DNA of 64,000 nucleotides from an uncultured Pseudomonadota bacterium. GTDB taxonomy: Bacteria > Oederibacteriota > Muellerivitia > Muellerivitales > Muellerivitaceae. The stretch lies in the NCBI GenBank assembly GCA_963770835.1, contig CAVYRH010000019.1:96001-160000 (forward strand). Direction: 5' to 3'. The translations under genes and the position numbers were made by a program. Positions 39,563 to 50,749 of the stretch are shown here, in pieces. How positions within the stretch are numbered: position 1 is the stretch's first letter; each line of letters begins with the position of its first letter. The notes under the pieces were generated by a model, which made no database searches, was not told the DNA's origin, and worked only from the letters and a program-made list of their open reading frames with translations.

Positions 39563-40627
39563 TTAAAGAAGCTTTTGAAGCTCCGTTAAAAACCGGTCGT
39601 TTTCTTCCGGCTTTCCCACCGTGATTCTCAAGGAATCCTTCAGCCTCGGATGGGGAAAGTATCTTACCAAAACACGCTTCTTTTTGAGATTTTTATAAAG
39701 GCTTTCCGCACCGGGTTTTCCCCGGCGGCTGGCGAGAATGAAGTTGGCTTGGCTGTCGGGAACATCGAAGCCGAGGTTGCGGAGTTCTTCGGCAAGGCTA
39801 TTGCGGTCAAGCCTTATGGTTTGAACCTTCTTGCGCATGTCCGTCAATCCGGCGGGTGTTAATGCCGCAACCCCGACGGCCTGGGTCATGCGGTTGACGT
39901 TATAGGAATCCTTCACTTTCATCAGTTCGGCGATGACCTGGGGATGGCCGAAGACAAAGCCCAACCGGACCCCGGCCAGCGAGAAGGATTTGGACATGGT
40001 GCGAAGGATCAACACATTGGCGTGCAGCCGGGCCAAATCCAGGCAATTCTGATCGGAGAAATCCACATAAGCCTCATCAATCAAAACCAATCCCTTGGTT
40101 CTTCGAATAAAAACCTGCATCTTGGCCTTATCGAAACAATTTCCCACCGGGGGATTGGGGTAACCCCAGAGTGTCAACCGGGCATTCAGTGAAAATTGAT
40201 CAAAATCCAGGTCAAACCCATCATCCAGCTTGGCTTCTTTCACCTTGGCCTCGCGGATGGCGGCCAGCACGGGATAGAGGCTATAAGTCAAATCGGGATA
40301 TTGGACCAGGTCGCCTTTCCCAACCGAAGCATGGAAAAGAAGGGAAAGGATTTCGTCTGACCCATTTCCTACCAGGATCCCCTCTACCGGCCAGCGGAAA
40401 ACTTCGGATAGGCGTTCCCGAAGGGTGTCCGCAGTAGGCTCCGGATAAAGGCGCAGGCGGGGATCGGCTTGGCCCCGCAGGGCTTTTAAAACCGCTTCTG
40501 AGGGGGGATAGGGATTCTCATTGGTATTGAGCTTGATAGTGGTGGGGTCTTTGGGCTGTTCCCCGGGCGTGTAGCCTTTCATCTTCAGTACCGCAGGGCG
40601 AAACCAGTTTTTAAGTTTTGGATTCAT
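39563..40627 (-). CDS. hisC: Histidinol-phosphate aminotransferase
   Basis: YTPGEQP, KLNTNENPY, GNGSDE, DEAYVDF, RTMSKSFSLAG.RLG. ATG 40627. Confidence 0.94.
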   Translation of the reverse strand: MNPKLKNWFRPAVLKMKGYTPGEQPKDPTTIKLNTNENPYPPSEAVLKALRGQADPRLRLYPEPTADTLRERLSEVFRWPVEGILVGNGSDEILSLLFHASVGKGDLVQYPDLTYSLYPVLAAIREAKVKEAKLDDGFDLDFDQFSLNARLTLWGYPNPPVGNCFDKAKMQVFIRRTKGLVLIDEAYVDFSDQNCLDLARLHANVLILRTMSKSFSLAGVRLGFVFGHPQVIAELMKVKDSYNVNRMTQAVGVAALTPAGLTDMRKKVQTIRLDRNSLAEELRNLGFDVPDSQANFILASRRGKPGAESLYKNLKKKRVLVRYFPHPRLKDSLRITVGKPEENDRFLTELQKLL

Positions 40628-40650
40628 TGAATACCTTGAATTTAAAAAGC

Positions 40651-40704
40651 TGTCATTGCGAGGAATGCTCACCGAATGGTGGGCGCCTATGACGAAGCAA
40701 CCTC
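40651..40704. repeat. REP-like element of the GTCATTGCGAG...GAAGCAA type
   Basis: TGTCATTGCGAGG-[GCTCACC GAAT GGTGGGC]-...GACGAAGCAACCTC in the hisD-hisC spacer. Confidence 0.55.
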
Positions 40705-40740
40705 AGTTCAAATACGCCTTTTACCAATCTGATAGCACTA

Positions 40741-42096
40741 TTATTTTTCTTTACCCATCCTGAACAACACACTCTGGGCGTGGGCGCCCAGGCCTTCTTC
40801 CGTGGCAAAATCCACCGTGGCCTTACCCAACGCTTTCAGGCCCGGCTTCTTCATTTCCAACATGTTGGTGCGTTTGAGGAAGTCGAACACCGAAAGCCCC
40901 GAGGAAAAACGCGCCGTGCCGCCCGTGGGCAGGACATGGTTGGTGCCCGCCGTGTAATCCCCGAAGGCCTCGGCGCTATAAGGGCCGATAAAAATGGCGC
41001 CCGCGTGGCGCAAGTCCGGCAGCCAATTCCGGGCATCCTTGGCCAGGATTTCCAGGTGCTCCGGGGCGAAGCGGTTGGAAAATTCGGCGGCCTGCTTGCG
41101 GTTCTTGACCAGGATGACGGCGCCCCGGCTCTTCATAGAGTCGGCGGCAATTTGTTCCCGTTCCAAGAGTTCCAACTGCAGTTCCACTTCCTTAGCCACT
41201 TCCCTGGCATAAGAGGCGGAAGTGGTAGCCAAAAGGGGCATGGCCATTTCATCGTGCTCGGCTTGGGCCAAAAGGTCCGCCGCCGCCCAAGCGGCTGGGA
41301 CCGTGCCATCGGCCAGAATCAGGACTTCGCTGGGTCCCGGGAATCCGTCGATGCCCACTTGCCCGAAAACCCGGCGCTTGGCCAAGGCCACGAAAAGGTT
41401 GCCGGGGCCCGTGATCTTATCCACCGCCGGAACGGACTTGGTGCTATAGGCTAGGGCCGCGATGGCTTGGGCCCCGCCGATCTTGAGGATGGTATCCGCG
41501 CCCGCGAAATAAGCCGCAGCCAGGACAATGGGATTCACTTTGCCATCCTTCTTGACCGGCGTCACCACCACCACTTCCTTAACCCCCGCCACCTTGGCGG
41601 GAATTACGTTCATGATGACAGAGGAAGGGTAGGCGGCCAGGCCGCCCGGCACGTAAAGCCCCACCCGGTCCAGGGGCGTCCAACGCTGCCCCAAGGACAT
41701 TTGGGGACCGTTATGGAACCAGCGGGCGGGTTTTTCCTTGGTATGGAAGAAGCGGACGTTGCGGATGGCGGTACGGATGGCCAGTTCGATTGGGACTTCA
41801 AGGTGGTTGAGGGCTTGTTGGATTTCAGCCTTGGTAACATGGATATTCTTGGCATTGGCCGCGAACCCGTCCAATTTTCGGGTGTAGCCGAAGAGAGCGA
41901 TGTCTCCCTTCTTTCGAACGTCCTCGACGATCCGGTCCACGGCCTGTTCGGGGGTCAATTCCTTCCCGAAAACTTTTTTGGTCAGGGAGGCCCGGCTGCC
42001 AGCCCCTTTAAGGACCACCAGCGGCTCCCGCCGGATAAGCTTCTCAACGGAAGATCGGTCTTTTTTGTTGGAGTAGCTTAAGATTCTCATGTGCAA
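40741..42096 (-). CDS. hisD: Histidinol dehydrogenase
   Basis: GLYVPGG.AAYPSSV, GGAQAIAALA, GPGN, GPSE, QAEHD, APEHL, GDY.AG.NHVLPT. Confidence 0.96.
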   Translation of the reverse strand: MHMRILSYSNKKDRSSVEKLIRREPLVVLKGAGSRASLTKKVFGKELTPEQAVDRIVEDVRKKGDIALFGYTRKLDGFAANAKNIHVTKAEIQQALNHLEVPIELAIRTAIRNVRFFHTKEKPARWFHNGPQMSLGQRWTPLDRVGLYVPGGLAAYPSSVIMNVIPAKVAGVKEVVVVTPVKKDGKVNPIVLAAAYFAGADTILKIGGAQAIAALAYSTKSVPAVDKITGPGNLFVALAKRRVFGQVGIDGFPGPSEVLILADGTVPAAWAAADLLAQAEHDEMAMPLLATTSASYAREVAKEVELQLELLEREQIAADSMKSRGAVILVKNRKQAAEFSNRFAPEHLEILAKDARNWLPDLRHAGAIFIGPYSAEAFGDYTAGTNHVLPTGGTARFSSGLSVFDFLKRTNMLEMKKPGLKALGKATVDFATEEGLGAHAQSVLFRMGKEK

Positions 42097-42105
42097 AAGC
42101 CTCTA

Positions 42106-43365
42106 TTAGTTGATTCTCTTAATATCCGCGCCTAAGGCCGAAAGCTTCTGTTCGATTTTCTCATATCCACGGTCCAAATGGTAAATGCGCTGGACAAGGG
42201 TTTCCCCGTCCGCCACCAGTCCCGCCAAAATCAGGGCCGCACTGGCCCGCAAGTCCGAGGCCATGACCGGCGCCCCGGTAAGCTTGGGGACACCCTTGAC
42301 CACCGCGTGGCTTCGGTCGATGTTAATATCCGCGCCCATGCGGTTCATCTCGAAGACGTGCATGAAGCGGTTTTCCCAAATGGTTTCAGTAACGATACTG
42401 ATACCCGGTACCGTCGCCAGCAGGGCCATGATCTGGGCCTGCATGTCCGTGGGGAACCCGGGATAAGGAAGGATCATCACGTCCGCCGGTTTGTAAGTGC
42501 CGACCCCCTTCACCCGAATATCCCCATTGGCGACTTCGATGATGACGCCGATTTGACGGAGCTTATCCACGACCGCCGTCATATGATTCGGGTTGGCTTT
42601 CTTGATCAACACGTCACCCTTCGTGATCGCCGCGGCTGCCATGAATGTTCCCGCCTCTACCCGGTCGGGAATAACCGAGTATTCGACACCCTTGAGTTTC
42701 TTTTTTCCCTCGATGACCAGCCGGGAGGTCCCCCCTCCCTCAATCGAGGCGCCCATGGCCTTGAGGCAATTGACCAAATCCTCAACTTCCGGTTCGGAGG
42801 ATGCGGATTCAATGACGGTGGTCCCCTCAGCCGCGGTAGCGGCCATTACCACGTTTACGGTCGCCCCCACGCTGGGCCCATGGGGCCCCGCCAAGTAAAT
42901 AGTGGCGCCCTTGAGTTTGGAAGCCTTGGCGTGCACATAGCCATGTTCAATGGTGACGGTGGCGCCCAATTGTTCGACGCCCTTCAAGTGCAGGTCGATG
43001 GGCCGGGCGCCGATGGCACAGCCGCCGGGCAGGGAAACCTTGGCCTCCCCCAGCCGGGCTAGGCAGGCGCCGAGGGAGTAGATGGAAGCCCGCATGGTTT
43101 TCACCAGTTCATAGGGGGCCTCAAACTTATCGAAACCCTTGGGGTCGATGTGCAGCCGGTGGTCTTCCAAGAGAGCTGTGGAGCCCAAGGTGCGAAGCAC
43201 TTCCGCCATGGTTTTGATGTCATTTAGGTAGGGGACGTTATGGATGACCGAGGGGGATTCACCCAGGAGCGCCGCCGTCATGACGGGCAGGGTGGCGTTC
43301 TTGGAGCCGCTGATCTCAACGGTGCCCTTGAGGGCTTTACCGCCCTTGACGGAAATCTTTTGCAT
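42106..43365 (-). CDS. murA: UDP-N-acetylglucosamine 1-carboxyvinyltransferase
   Basis: GSKNA, MRAS, LPGGCAIGARP (catalytic Cys), PGFPTDMQ, DLRA, HLDRGYE. Confidence 0.97.
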   Translation of the reverse strand: MQKISVKGGKALKGTVEISGSKNATLPVMTAALLGESPSVIHNVPYLNDIKTMAEVLRTLGSTALLEDHRLHIDPKGFDKFEAPYELVKTMRASIYSLGACLARLGEAKVSLPGGCAIGARPIDLHLKGVEQLGATVTIEHGYVHAKASKLKGATIYLAGPHGPSVGATVNVVMAATAAEGTTVIESASSEPEVEDLVNCLKAMGASIEGGGTSRLVIEGKKKLKGVEYSVIPDRVEAGTFMAAAAITKGDVLIKKANPNHMTAVVDKLRQIGVIIEVANGDIRVKGVGTYKPADVMILPYPGFPTDMQAQIMALLATVPGISIVTETIWENRFMHVFEMNRMGADINIDRSHAVVKGVPKLTGAPVMASDLRASAALILAGLVADGETLVQRIYHLDRGYEKIEQKLSALGADIKRIN

Positions 43366-43388
43366 TAAAAACCCCTACATCCGATTTG

Positions 43389-43416
43389 AGCCACAGAGTA
43401 CACAGAGATCACTGAG
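43389..43416 (+). repeat. Single periodic arm (9-nt period, CACAGAG type) upstream of murA
   Basis: CCACAGAGTA-CACAGAGAT-CACTGAG; 22 nt identical to 45314-45335. Confidence 0.7.
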
Positions 43417-43497
43417 TAAAACATTAGAAATTAATTAAAAACAACGAAAACGCAGGCCTTAAATTGTGAAATGTCGGGCTAAAGTATCCTGAAAATC

Positions 43498-43520
43498 AAA
43501 AAGCCGCCCTTTCGGGCGGC
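43498..43520 (-). terminator. Intrinsic terminator of rnpB
   Basis: Minus strand GCCGCCC-GAAA-GGGCGGC-TTTTT. Confidence 0.85.
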
Positions 43521-43540
43521 CTTCCGATGACGAAAATAAA

Positions 43541-43952
43541 AGAAGCAGGACATAAGCCGAATTTTGTTAGTGCGATCATTTCTCTCGCGGGAACCGTTGC
43601 CGGCCCCGTCGATGCGATCTTACCCGAAGGCCTCCCTTTCCTTTGACGGAAAGGAATAGGACGGACAGCCCTAAAGCCTCCCTATTTGATCTTGCTCCGG
43701 ATGGGGTTTGCCTTGCCACCACACTTGCGTGGGGCGCGGTGGGCTCTTACCCCACCTTTTCACCCTTACCCCTCAGTCCTTTAGGGACCTTGGAGCGGTT
43801 TGTTTTCTGTGGCACTTTCCTTCACACCGTCGCCTTACCTTGCGATAAAGAACAATGCGACCGGTCGTTAGCCGGCATCCCGTCCTGCGGAGTTCGGACT
43901 TTCCTCACCCCCGAACCCAAAAGGCCGGAGGCGCGATCACGGACCTGCTTCT
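43541..43952 (-). ncRNA. rnpB: RNase P RNA (bacterial type A)
   Basis: Minus strand GAGGAAAGTCC, AGTGCCACAGAAA, GGTAAGGGTGAAAAGGTGGGGTAAGAGCCCACC, GGCAAACCCC, ACAAAATTCGGCTTA; terminal P1 helix AGAAGCAGG/CCTGCTTCT. Confidence 0.96.
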
Positions 43953-44014
43953 AAAGGGCATAATAGAGGGAAAACATGGCAAAATCCAGTGGATGAAAGC
44001 AGGGACTAAAGGGC

Positions 44015-44419
44015 TTATTTGGAGAAATGCTTGTCGATGCCTTCATTGGACAACCGATCGGCGTGCTTGTTCTGTTCCCGGGGGACATGTTTATACCCCG
44101 TAACATCCAAATGAGACAGGTATTCCTTGGCCTTTTGGAAAAGCGGAATCATATTCGGATGCTTCACTTTGTAATGGCCGGTTAATTGCCGGATCATCAA
44201 TTCGCTGTCGGCCAGTATTTCCACCGGGGACAACTTTTTCTTCACGCAATAGTCGAGGGCATGCAATAGGGCCTCATACTCGGCCACATTGTTGGTGGTT
44301 GTGCCGATGTATTTCGCGATTTCGTGGACGACTTTGCCGTCTTTAAGAATGACCGCTCCGATACCCGCCGGGCCCGGGTTTCCCCTCGACGCGCCGTCGC
44401 TATAGATTTGGTAGGACAT
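44015..44419 (-). CDS. Ribonuclease HI family protein
   Basis: YSDGASRGNPG, TNNVAEY, DSEL, HVPREQNKHAD. Confidence 0.92.
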   Translation of the reverse strand: MSYQIYSDGASRGNPGPAGIGAVILKDGKVVHEIAKYIGTTTNNVAEYEALLHALDYCVKKKLSPVEILADSELMIRQLTGHYKVKHPNMIPLFQKAKEYLSHLDVTGYKHVPREQNKHADRLSNEGIDKHFSK

Positions 44420-44431
44420 AAAACCTCATTT

Positions 44432-44503
44432 AAAACAATGATGAACGCGGATTAACACAGACAAAACACTTTCATCCGCGTTTATTTGCATTTATCGGTG
44501 TTT
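44432..44503. repeat. Inverted-repeat element with 10-nt periodic arms overlapping the kdsA stop
   Basis: Left ATGAACGCGG-ATTAACACAG; right ATCCGCGTTT-ATTTGCATTT-ATCGGTGTTT. Confidence 0.65.
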
Positions 44504-45301
44504 CGATGCTTTTCGGATGGCCAAGCTGTCCTTAAGGACCTGCCGGAAGGTCTCGAAGGTAATCTGGGTGGCGGCGTCGGACTTGGCTTTGGGCGGGTCG
44601 GGATGGACCTCCATGAAAAGGCCGTCCACTCCCGCCGCGACAGCGGCCCTGACCAGGGTGGGCACATGTTCGCGAGTCCCACCGCTGGAAGTCCCCTTTG
44701 CGGCAGGTTGTTGCACGCTGTGGGTGCCGTCAAAAATAACCGGACAGCCGGTTTTTTGCATCTCGGGAATCCCCCTGTAATCCACTACCAGGTTGTTGTA
44801 CCCGAAAGAAGTTCCTCTCTCAGTCAGCCAAAGGTTCTTGCAACCGCCCTTCTTCATCTTTCCGACAACATTGGCCATTTCCCAAGGTGCCATGAACTGG
44901 CCCTTCTTCACATTGACCACCTTGCCGGACCTGGCGGCGGCCATCAACAAGCTGGTTTGACGGGAAAGAAAAGCGGGAATTTGGAGAACATCGGCCACCT
45001 TGGCGGCGATCTTTACTTCGCTGATCTCGTGGATATCGGTCAGGACCGGCAAGCCCAATTTCTTTTTTACCCAAAGCAGGGAGGCCAGACCCCTTTTCAA
45101 TCCCGGCCCGCGGAAACCCTTAACGGACGACCGGTTGGCCTTGTCGTAAGAGGATTTGAAAACCAGCGGCACGCCCAAGGAATCGGTGATGCCCTTGATG
45201 GTTGTGGCGGTTTTCAGAAGAAAGTCCGTGCCTTCGATCACGCAGGGTCCCGCGATCACGAAGAACTTTCCGTTTTTACCTAATTGTTTAACCTCGACCA
45301 T
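44492..45301 (-). CDS. kdsA: KDO-8-phosphate synthase
   Basis: IAGPCVIE, KSSYDKANRSS, QIPAFLSRQT, KKGQF, ERG.SFGY, DGTHSVQ. ATG 45301. Confidence 0.97.
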   Translation of the reverse strand: MVEVKQLGKNGKFFVIAGPCVIEGTDFLLKTATTIKGITDSLGVPLVFKSSYDKANRSSVKGFRGPGLKRGLASLLWVKKKLGLPVLTDIHEISEVKIAAKVADVLQIPAFLSRQTSLLMAAARSGKVVNVKKGQFMAPWEMANVVGKMKKGGCKNLWLTERGTSFGYNNLVVDYRGIPEMQKTGCPVIFDGTHSVQQPAAKGTSSGGTREHVPTLVRAAVAAGVDGLFMEVHPDPPKAKSDAATQITFETFRQVLKDSLAIRKASKHR

Positions 45302-45310
45302 AAACACCTC

Positions 45311-45398
45311 TAACCACAGAGTACACAGAGATCACAGGGTAAGGCAAAGGTCTTAAATCATCAAAGATTTAACTCTGTGTACTCTGCAACCTCTGTGG

Positions 45399-45401
<3 letters not shown>
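45311..45401. repeat. Inverted-repeat element with 9-nt periodic arms (CACAGAG type) between pyrG and kdsA
   Basis: Left TAACCACAGAGTA-CACAGAGAT-CACAGGG; right CTCTGTGTA-CTCTGCAAC-CTCTGTGGCTA, ending in the pyrG stop. Confidence 0.8.
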
Positions 45402-47036
<1,635 letters not shown>

Positions 47037-47038
47037 TT

Positions 47039-47157
47039 ACCGCCAAGACGCCAAGTCCGCCAAGAACAACAAAAATTTATTCTTAAATACTTTTCAAGAT
47101 ACCCGACTTTTACCGTCTTTCGCCTTTCTTGGCGTCCTTGGCGTCTTGGCGGTTAAA
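47039..47157. repeat. Inverted-repeat element with 8/9-nt periodic arms (CGCCAAG type) between kdsB and pyrG
   Basis: Left ACCGCCAAGA-CGCCAAGTC-CGCCAAGAA; right TTCTTGGCGTC-CTTGGCGT-CTTGGCGGTTAAA, abutting the kdsB stop. Confidence 0.82.
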
Positions 47158-47892
47158 TCAGATTTTGTGTTTCAAGAACTTTTCAACTTTCTTTACATCC
47201 TCCGGTACATCCACAGCGATCGACTCCACTTTCCGGATCGCCGCACGGATGGTCACCCCGTTCTCCATGGCCCTCAATTGTTCCAGTTTTTCCGTCAACT
47301 CCAGGGGTGTGGGTTTCAAGGTCGCCATCAATTGAAGCCAACCGGGCCGGTAGCCGTAAAGCCCCATGTGCTTGTAGGCCTGGGGCATGCCCCCCTCCCT
47401 CGGGTAAGGGATGGGCGCCCGGGAGAAATAAAGCACATCCCCTTTGGAGCCCAAAACCGCCTTGACCACGTTGGGGTCCAGCCATTCTTTCTTATCCGCC
47501 AGGGGAATCACCACCGTGGACATCAGTACCTTCGGGTCTTTTTGAAGCACTTCCACCGCCGCGTCAATGGCGGCCGGAGCCATGACCGGTTCATCGCCCT
47601 GGATGTTGACGACGATATCGGCCTTTTGGTCGCGCACCGCGTAAGCGATTCGGTCCGTACCTGACTTGAGGGAAGAGGGGGTCATGACCGCCGTCGCCCC
47701 GGCTTTTTTAACCGCATCGGCGATTCTTTGGTCGTCCGTGGCCACCCAGACCTCGTTCAGCCGCTTGGCTTTTTGGGCCTGGCGGATCACCCGGACGATC
47801 ATGGGGATACCCGCAATCAGGGCTAAGGGCTTTCCCGGGAACCGTTGGGCCCCATAACGGGATGGGATGACGCCGATCACCTTATTTGCCAT
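47158..47892 (-). CDS. kdsB: CMP-KDO synthetase
   Basis: IPSRYG..RFPGKPL, SGTDR, VNIQGDEP, YFSR, LEQLR, VD.PED. Confidence 0.97.
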   Translation of the reverse strand: MANKVIGVIPSRYGAQRFPGKPLALIAGIPMIVRVIRQAQKAKRLNEVWVATDDQRIADAVKKAGATAVMTPSSLKSGTDRIAYAVRDQKADIVVNIQGDEPVMAPAAIDAAVEVLQKDPKVLMSTVVIPLADKKEWLDPNVVKAVLGSKGDVLYFSRAPIPYPREGGMPQAYKHMGLYGYRPGWLQLMATLKPTPLELTEKLEQLRAMENGVTIRAAIRKVESIAVDVPEDVKKVEKFLKHKI

Positions 47893-48361
47893 AGCGTTCC
47901 CTCACCATCTGGATCAGGTTTGTGGTTGAACGGCCTTCCACCACGGGAATATTCAAGACTTTGCCGCCCCAGGATTGCACCAGGTCGCCTCCGATGATCT
48001 TGTCGATGGCCCAATCGCCCCCTTTGACCAGGACATCGGGCCGTAAAATCTTGATGATGTTATAGGGGTCGTCTTCTTCGAAGAAGGTCGTGTAATCCAC
48101 GCAGGAAAGGGCCAGGAGCATTTCAGCCCGTTCTCCCACGGGCAAGAGAGGCTTTAAAGGACCCTTGATGCGGCGCACGGAAGCGTCGCTATTGAGGCCT
48201 ACTACCAATAAATCGCCTTTTTTGCGGGATTCTTGCAGGTAAGTGACATGGCCCAGGTGGAGAAGATCGAAAACACCGTTAGTGAAGACTACTTTTTGAC
48301 CTTGGTTTTGAAGGTTTTTAAGGACCGGCGCTAACTTGGTGGGCTCTAAAAAATGATCCAA
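47882..48361 (-). CDS. rfaE2: D-glycero-beta-D-manno-heptose-1-phosphate adenylyltransferase (HldE domain II)
   Basis: VFTNGVFDLLHLGH, GLNSDASV, LVKGGDW, GRSTT. Confidence 0.9.
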   Translation of the reverse strand: MDHFLEPTKLAPVLKNLQNQGQKVVFTNGVFDLLHLGHVTYLQESRKKGDLLVVGLNSDASVRRIKGPLKPLLPVGERAEMLLALSCVDYTTFFEEDDPYNIIKILRPDVLVKGGDWAIDKIIGGDLVQSWGGKVLNIPVVEGRSTTNLIQMVRERYGK

Positions 48362-48389
48362 TTCATCTCAACTTCGCTTGGGATGGGTA

Positions 48390-48418
48390 ATTATAGGGGA
48401 AGAGGTTGCTTCTGGCAA
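48390..48418 (-). promoter_or_regulatory. sigma70 promoter for rfaE2-kdsB-pyrG-kdsA
   Basis: TTGCCA-17 nt-TATAAT on the minus strand. Confidence 0.7.
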
Positions 48419-48430
48419 GTTTTGGCGCGT

Positions 48431-49555
48431 TCAAGGCGCCTTCAAAATCAACTTCACCACTTCGGGTGGGCAATAAGTCCGAAGCGGCGGGAAACAGCCG
48501 ATGCCCCGGTTGATGTAGATGACCGTGTTCTTCTCCCGGTGGAAACCTCCGGCATACTTGCGCCCCTCATTGGCCGGCACCACCAAAGGACCGATCAAGG
48601 GGAAACAAATTTGACCACCGTGGCAATGTCCCGAAATCTGCACCTGGGCTCCCGTTTTGTGGGCGAGGTAAAGATGGTCGGGCTGGTGGGCTAGGAGGAT
48701 TTTGGCGTCAGCCTTGGCCGCCAGGAGTGGGGCTTCGTTTTTCTCGCCTACCCACTTGTCGTCCAAGCCCATTAGCGCCAACTTTTTCCCTTTCCGCATC
48801 AAGTAAACAACGGAATTTTGCAAAACGCGGATGCCGTCCTTTTCTAAAGTCCGGCGCATCATTTTGGCGTCGGCCCAATGGTCATGGTTTCCCAATAACG
48901 CGTAAGCCCCCAAGGGGGCTTTGAACCCCTTGAGGAGCCCTTCCATGATCGGTATGTTTTTTTTAAAGGAAACGAAGTCTCCGGTGAGGGCATAAAAATC
49001 GGGCTTCAGTTTTTGAGCTTCGGCTACCACAAACTTGAGGTAATCCTGGTGAATATATTTTCCGAAATGGATATCCGAAAGCTGGACGATGGAGAGCCCT
49101 GAAAATTCCTTGGGCCACCCGGGAATCTTGACCTCGTACTCCACCACCTTCAGGTCATAAACCTGGTTGGGAAAGCCCACATACTTCGTAAAGGAAAAAG
49201 GCGTCGGCCAGCGGGGGGGGCGATTGGGAAAAAACTTTCGGATTTCCCGGTAATCCACCGGCTTCTTCCGAAACAACAGCCACCAGCCATGGTCGAGCCA
49301 GAGCCAAAGGACCCAAACCGTAATCACCACCAGGAAAAGCTTCCAATAAAGGGGCAATGGCCGGAAGCCTTCTACGGTGAAATCCCAGGTTTCGCTTAAA
49401 ACAATGGAGGGTGAAATCTGGATCGTCAGGAAAAAAATCGTCCAAAGGATTTCACTGACACCGTGGTGGGGCCGGATTCCGATGCGGTTGGTGAGAAAGA
49501 TGAAAATTTGGAAAAGGAAGAATACGTAAAGCCAGAAGAGCGGGTGGGAGACCAT
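48431..49555 (-). CDS. Membrane-anchored metallophosphoesterase (YkuE-like)
   Basis: N-terminal TMs; SDIH, TGDF, GNHD, LAHQP, SGHCHGGQ. Confidence 0.9.
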   Translation of the reverse strand: MVSHPLFWLYVFFLFQIFIFLTNRIGIRPHHGVSEILWTIFFLTIQISPSIVLSETWDFTVEGFRPLPLYWKLFLVVITVWVLWLWLDHGWWLLFRKKPVDYREIRKFFPNRPPRWPTPFSFTKYVGFPNQVYDLKVVEYEVKIPGWPKEFSGLSIVQLSDIHFGKYIHQDYLKFVVAEAQKLKPDFYALTGDFVSFKKNIPIMEGLLKGFKAPLGAYALLGNHDHWADAKMMRRTLEKDGIRVLQNSVVYLMRKGKKLALMGLDDKWVGEKNEAPLLAAKADAKILLAHQPDHLYLAHKTGAQVQISGHCHGGQICFPLIGPLVVPANEGRKYAGGFHREKNTVIYINRGIGCFPPLRTYCPPEVVKLILKAP

Positions 49556-49561
49556 AAAAGT

Positions 49562-49661
49562 TCTCGGTTCGAAGTCCGTAGTTTTTAATTCTGGTAGGTT
49601 TTAACCAAAGGTTAAAGCCGTCAATAACTTAGCACTTCGAATTCAAAACTTCGACCTCACG
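49562..49661. repeat. Degenerate inverted element with 7-nt periodic arms (TCGAAGT/ACTTCGA)
   Basis: TCGAAGT-CCGTAGT ... ACTTAGC-ACTTCGA-ATTCAAA-ACTTCGA around the hairpin GGTTTTAACC-AAA-GGTTAAAGCC. Confidence 0.45.
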
Positions 49662-49668
49662 ACAGTGG

Positions 49669-50688
49669 TTATCGGTTCATTTCTTCCAACAGACGCTGAC
49701 TGAGCTCTTCCGCCGAAACCGTGGCAACACCCAGTTTTTCCACTTCGATACCCGCCGCGTAATTGGCCAGGGCGGCGGCCTGCAACAGTGTGGCCCCGGC
49801 GGTCAAGGCCAGGGTGAGGGTGGCAATCACCGTATCCCCGGCGCCCGAGACGTCATAAACCTCCCTCGCCACGGTGGGGATGGTGCGGGGCGGCTGGCCC
49901 TCCTCAAAAAGGGTCATTCCATGCTCGCTTCGGGTCAAAACCACCGATTTGCAGCTTAATTTTTTCATGACCTTGAACCCGATGGTCTCGAAGGTCTCCC
50001 CTGCTGCTTCCGGCCCCAGGGCTTCGGTCATTTCCTTCATGTTCGGTTTCATGACCGTGACGCCCTTGAATTCGAAGAAATTGCGGAATTTCGGGTCCAC
50101 CGCGGTGATCTTTTTGTGTGTTTTGGCATAGCTGATAACCTTGCGGATCACCTTGGGGGTCAGGAGACCCTTGTTATAGTCCTCGAAAATAACGGCGTCA
50201 GCATCCTTCACGGCCTTTAGGGCCCTCTGGATGACCTGGTCCTGCTGGGAATCGGAAAGGGCTGATTTGACCTCCCGGTCGATGCGTACTACCTGTTGGG
50301 TATGGGCGATCACACGGGTTTTTTCCGTAGTGGGGCGGTCGGAAAGGGCCAGCATGCCGGAGGTGTCCACTTTGTATCTCTTTAATTCCCGGACCAGTTC
50401 CTTACCCGCCGTGTCCTTCCCGATAGTGCCGATGATGGCGGACCGGCCGCCCAGGGCCGTGATGTTGGCCGCCACGTTGGCCGCCCCGCCCGGCATTTTC
50501 CTGTCGTCTTCGTTAATTTCCACCACGGGGATGGGCGCTTCCGGGGAAATGCGGGCCACCATGCCCTTGATATAGACGTCCAGCATCACGTCGCCGATCA
50601 CGACAACCTTCTTGTCTTGAAGGGCACCCACCAGGGCCAGCAATTCAGTTTTATCGACGGATGACAGGGGAGATTTCTTTTTATTCAC
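49669..50688 (-). CDS. rfaE1: D-glycero-beta-D-manno-heptose-7-phosphate kinase (HldE domain I)
   Basis: IGDVMLD, RISPEAPIPV, GGAANVA, DYNKG, DVSGAGDTV. Confidence 0.93.
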   Translation of the reverse strand: MNKKKSPLSSVDKTELLALVGALQDKKVVVIGDVMLDVYIKGMVARISPEAPIPVVEINEDDRKMPGGAANVAANITALGGRSAIIGTIGKDTAGKELVRELKRYKVDTSGMLALSDRPTTEKTRVIAHTQQVVRIDREVKSALSDSQQDQVIQRALKAVKDADAVIFEDYNKGLLTPKVIRKVISYAKTHKKITAVDPKFRNFFEFKGVTVMKPNMKEMTEALGPEAAGETFETIGFKVMKKLSCKSVVLTRSEHGMTLFEEGQPPRTIPTVAREVYDVSGAGDTVIATLTLALTAGATLLQAAALANYAAGIEVEKLGVATVSAEELSQRLLEEMNR

Positions 50689-50720
50689 GGTATCACTGGC
50701 CTTTATTTTGAATTTTGTCG

Positions 50721-50749
50721 GCCTGCTGCCGACTGTGGACTGCCCCTTA
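50721..50749 (-). repeat. Single 7-nt periodic arm starting at the gmhA stop
   Basis: Minus strand TAA-GGGGCAG-TCCACAG-TCGGCAG-CAGGC. Confidence 0.4.
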
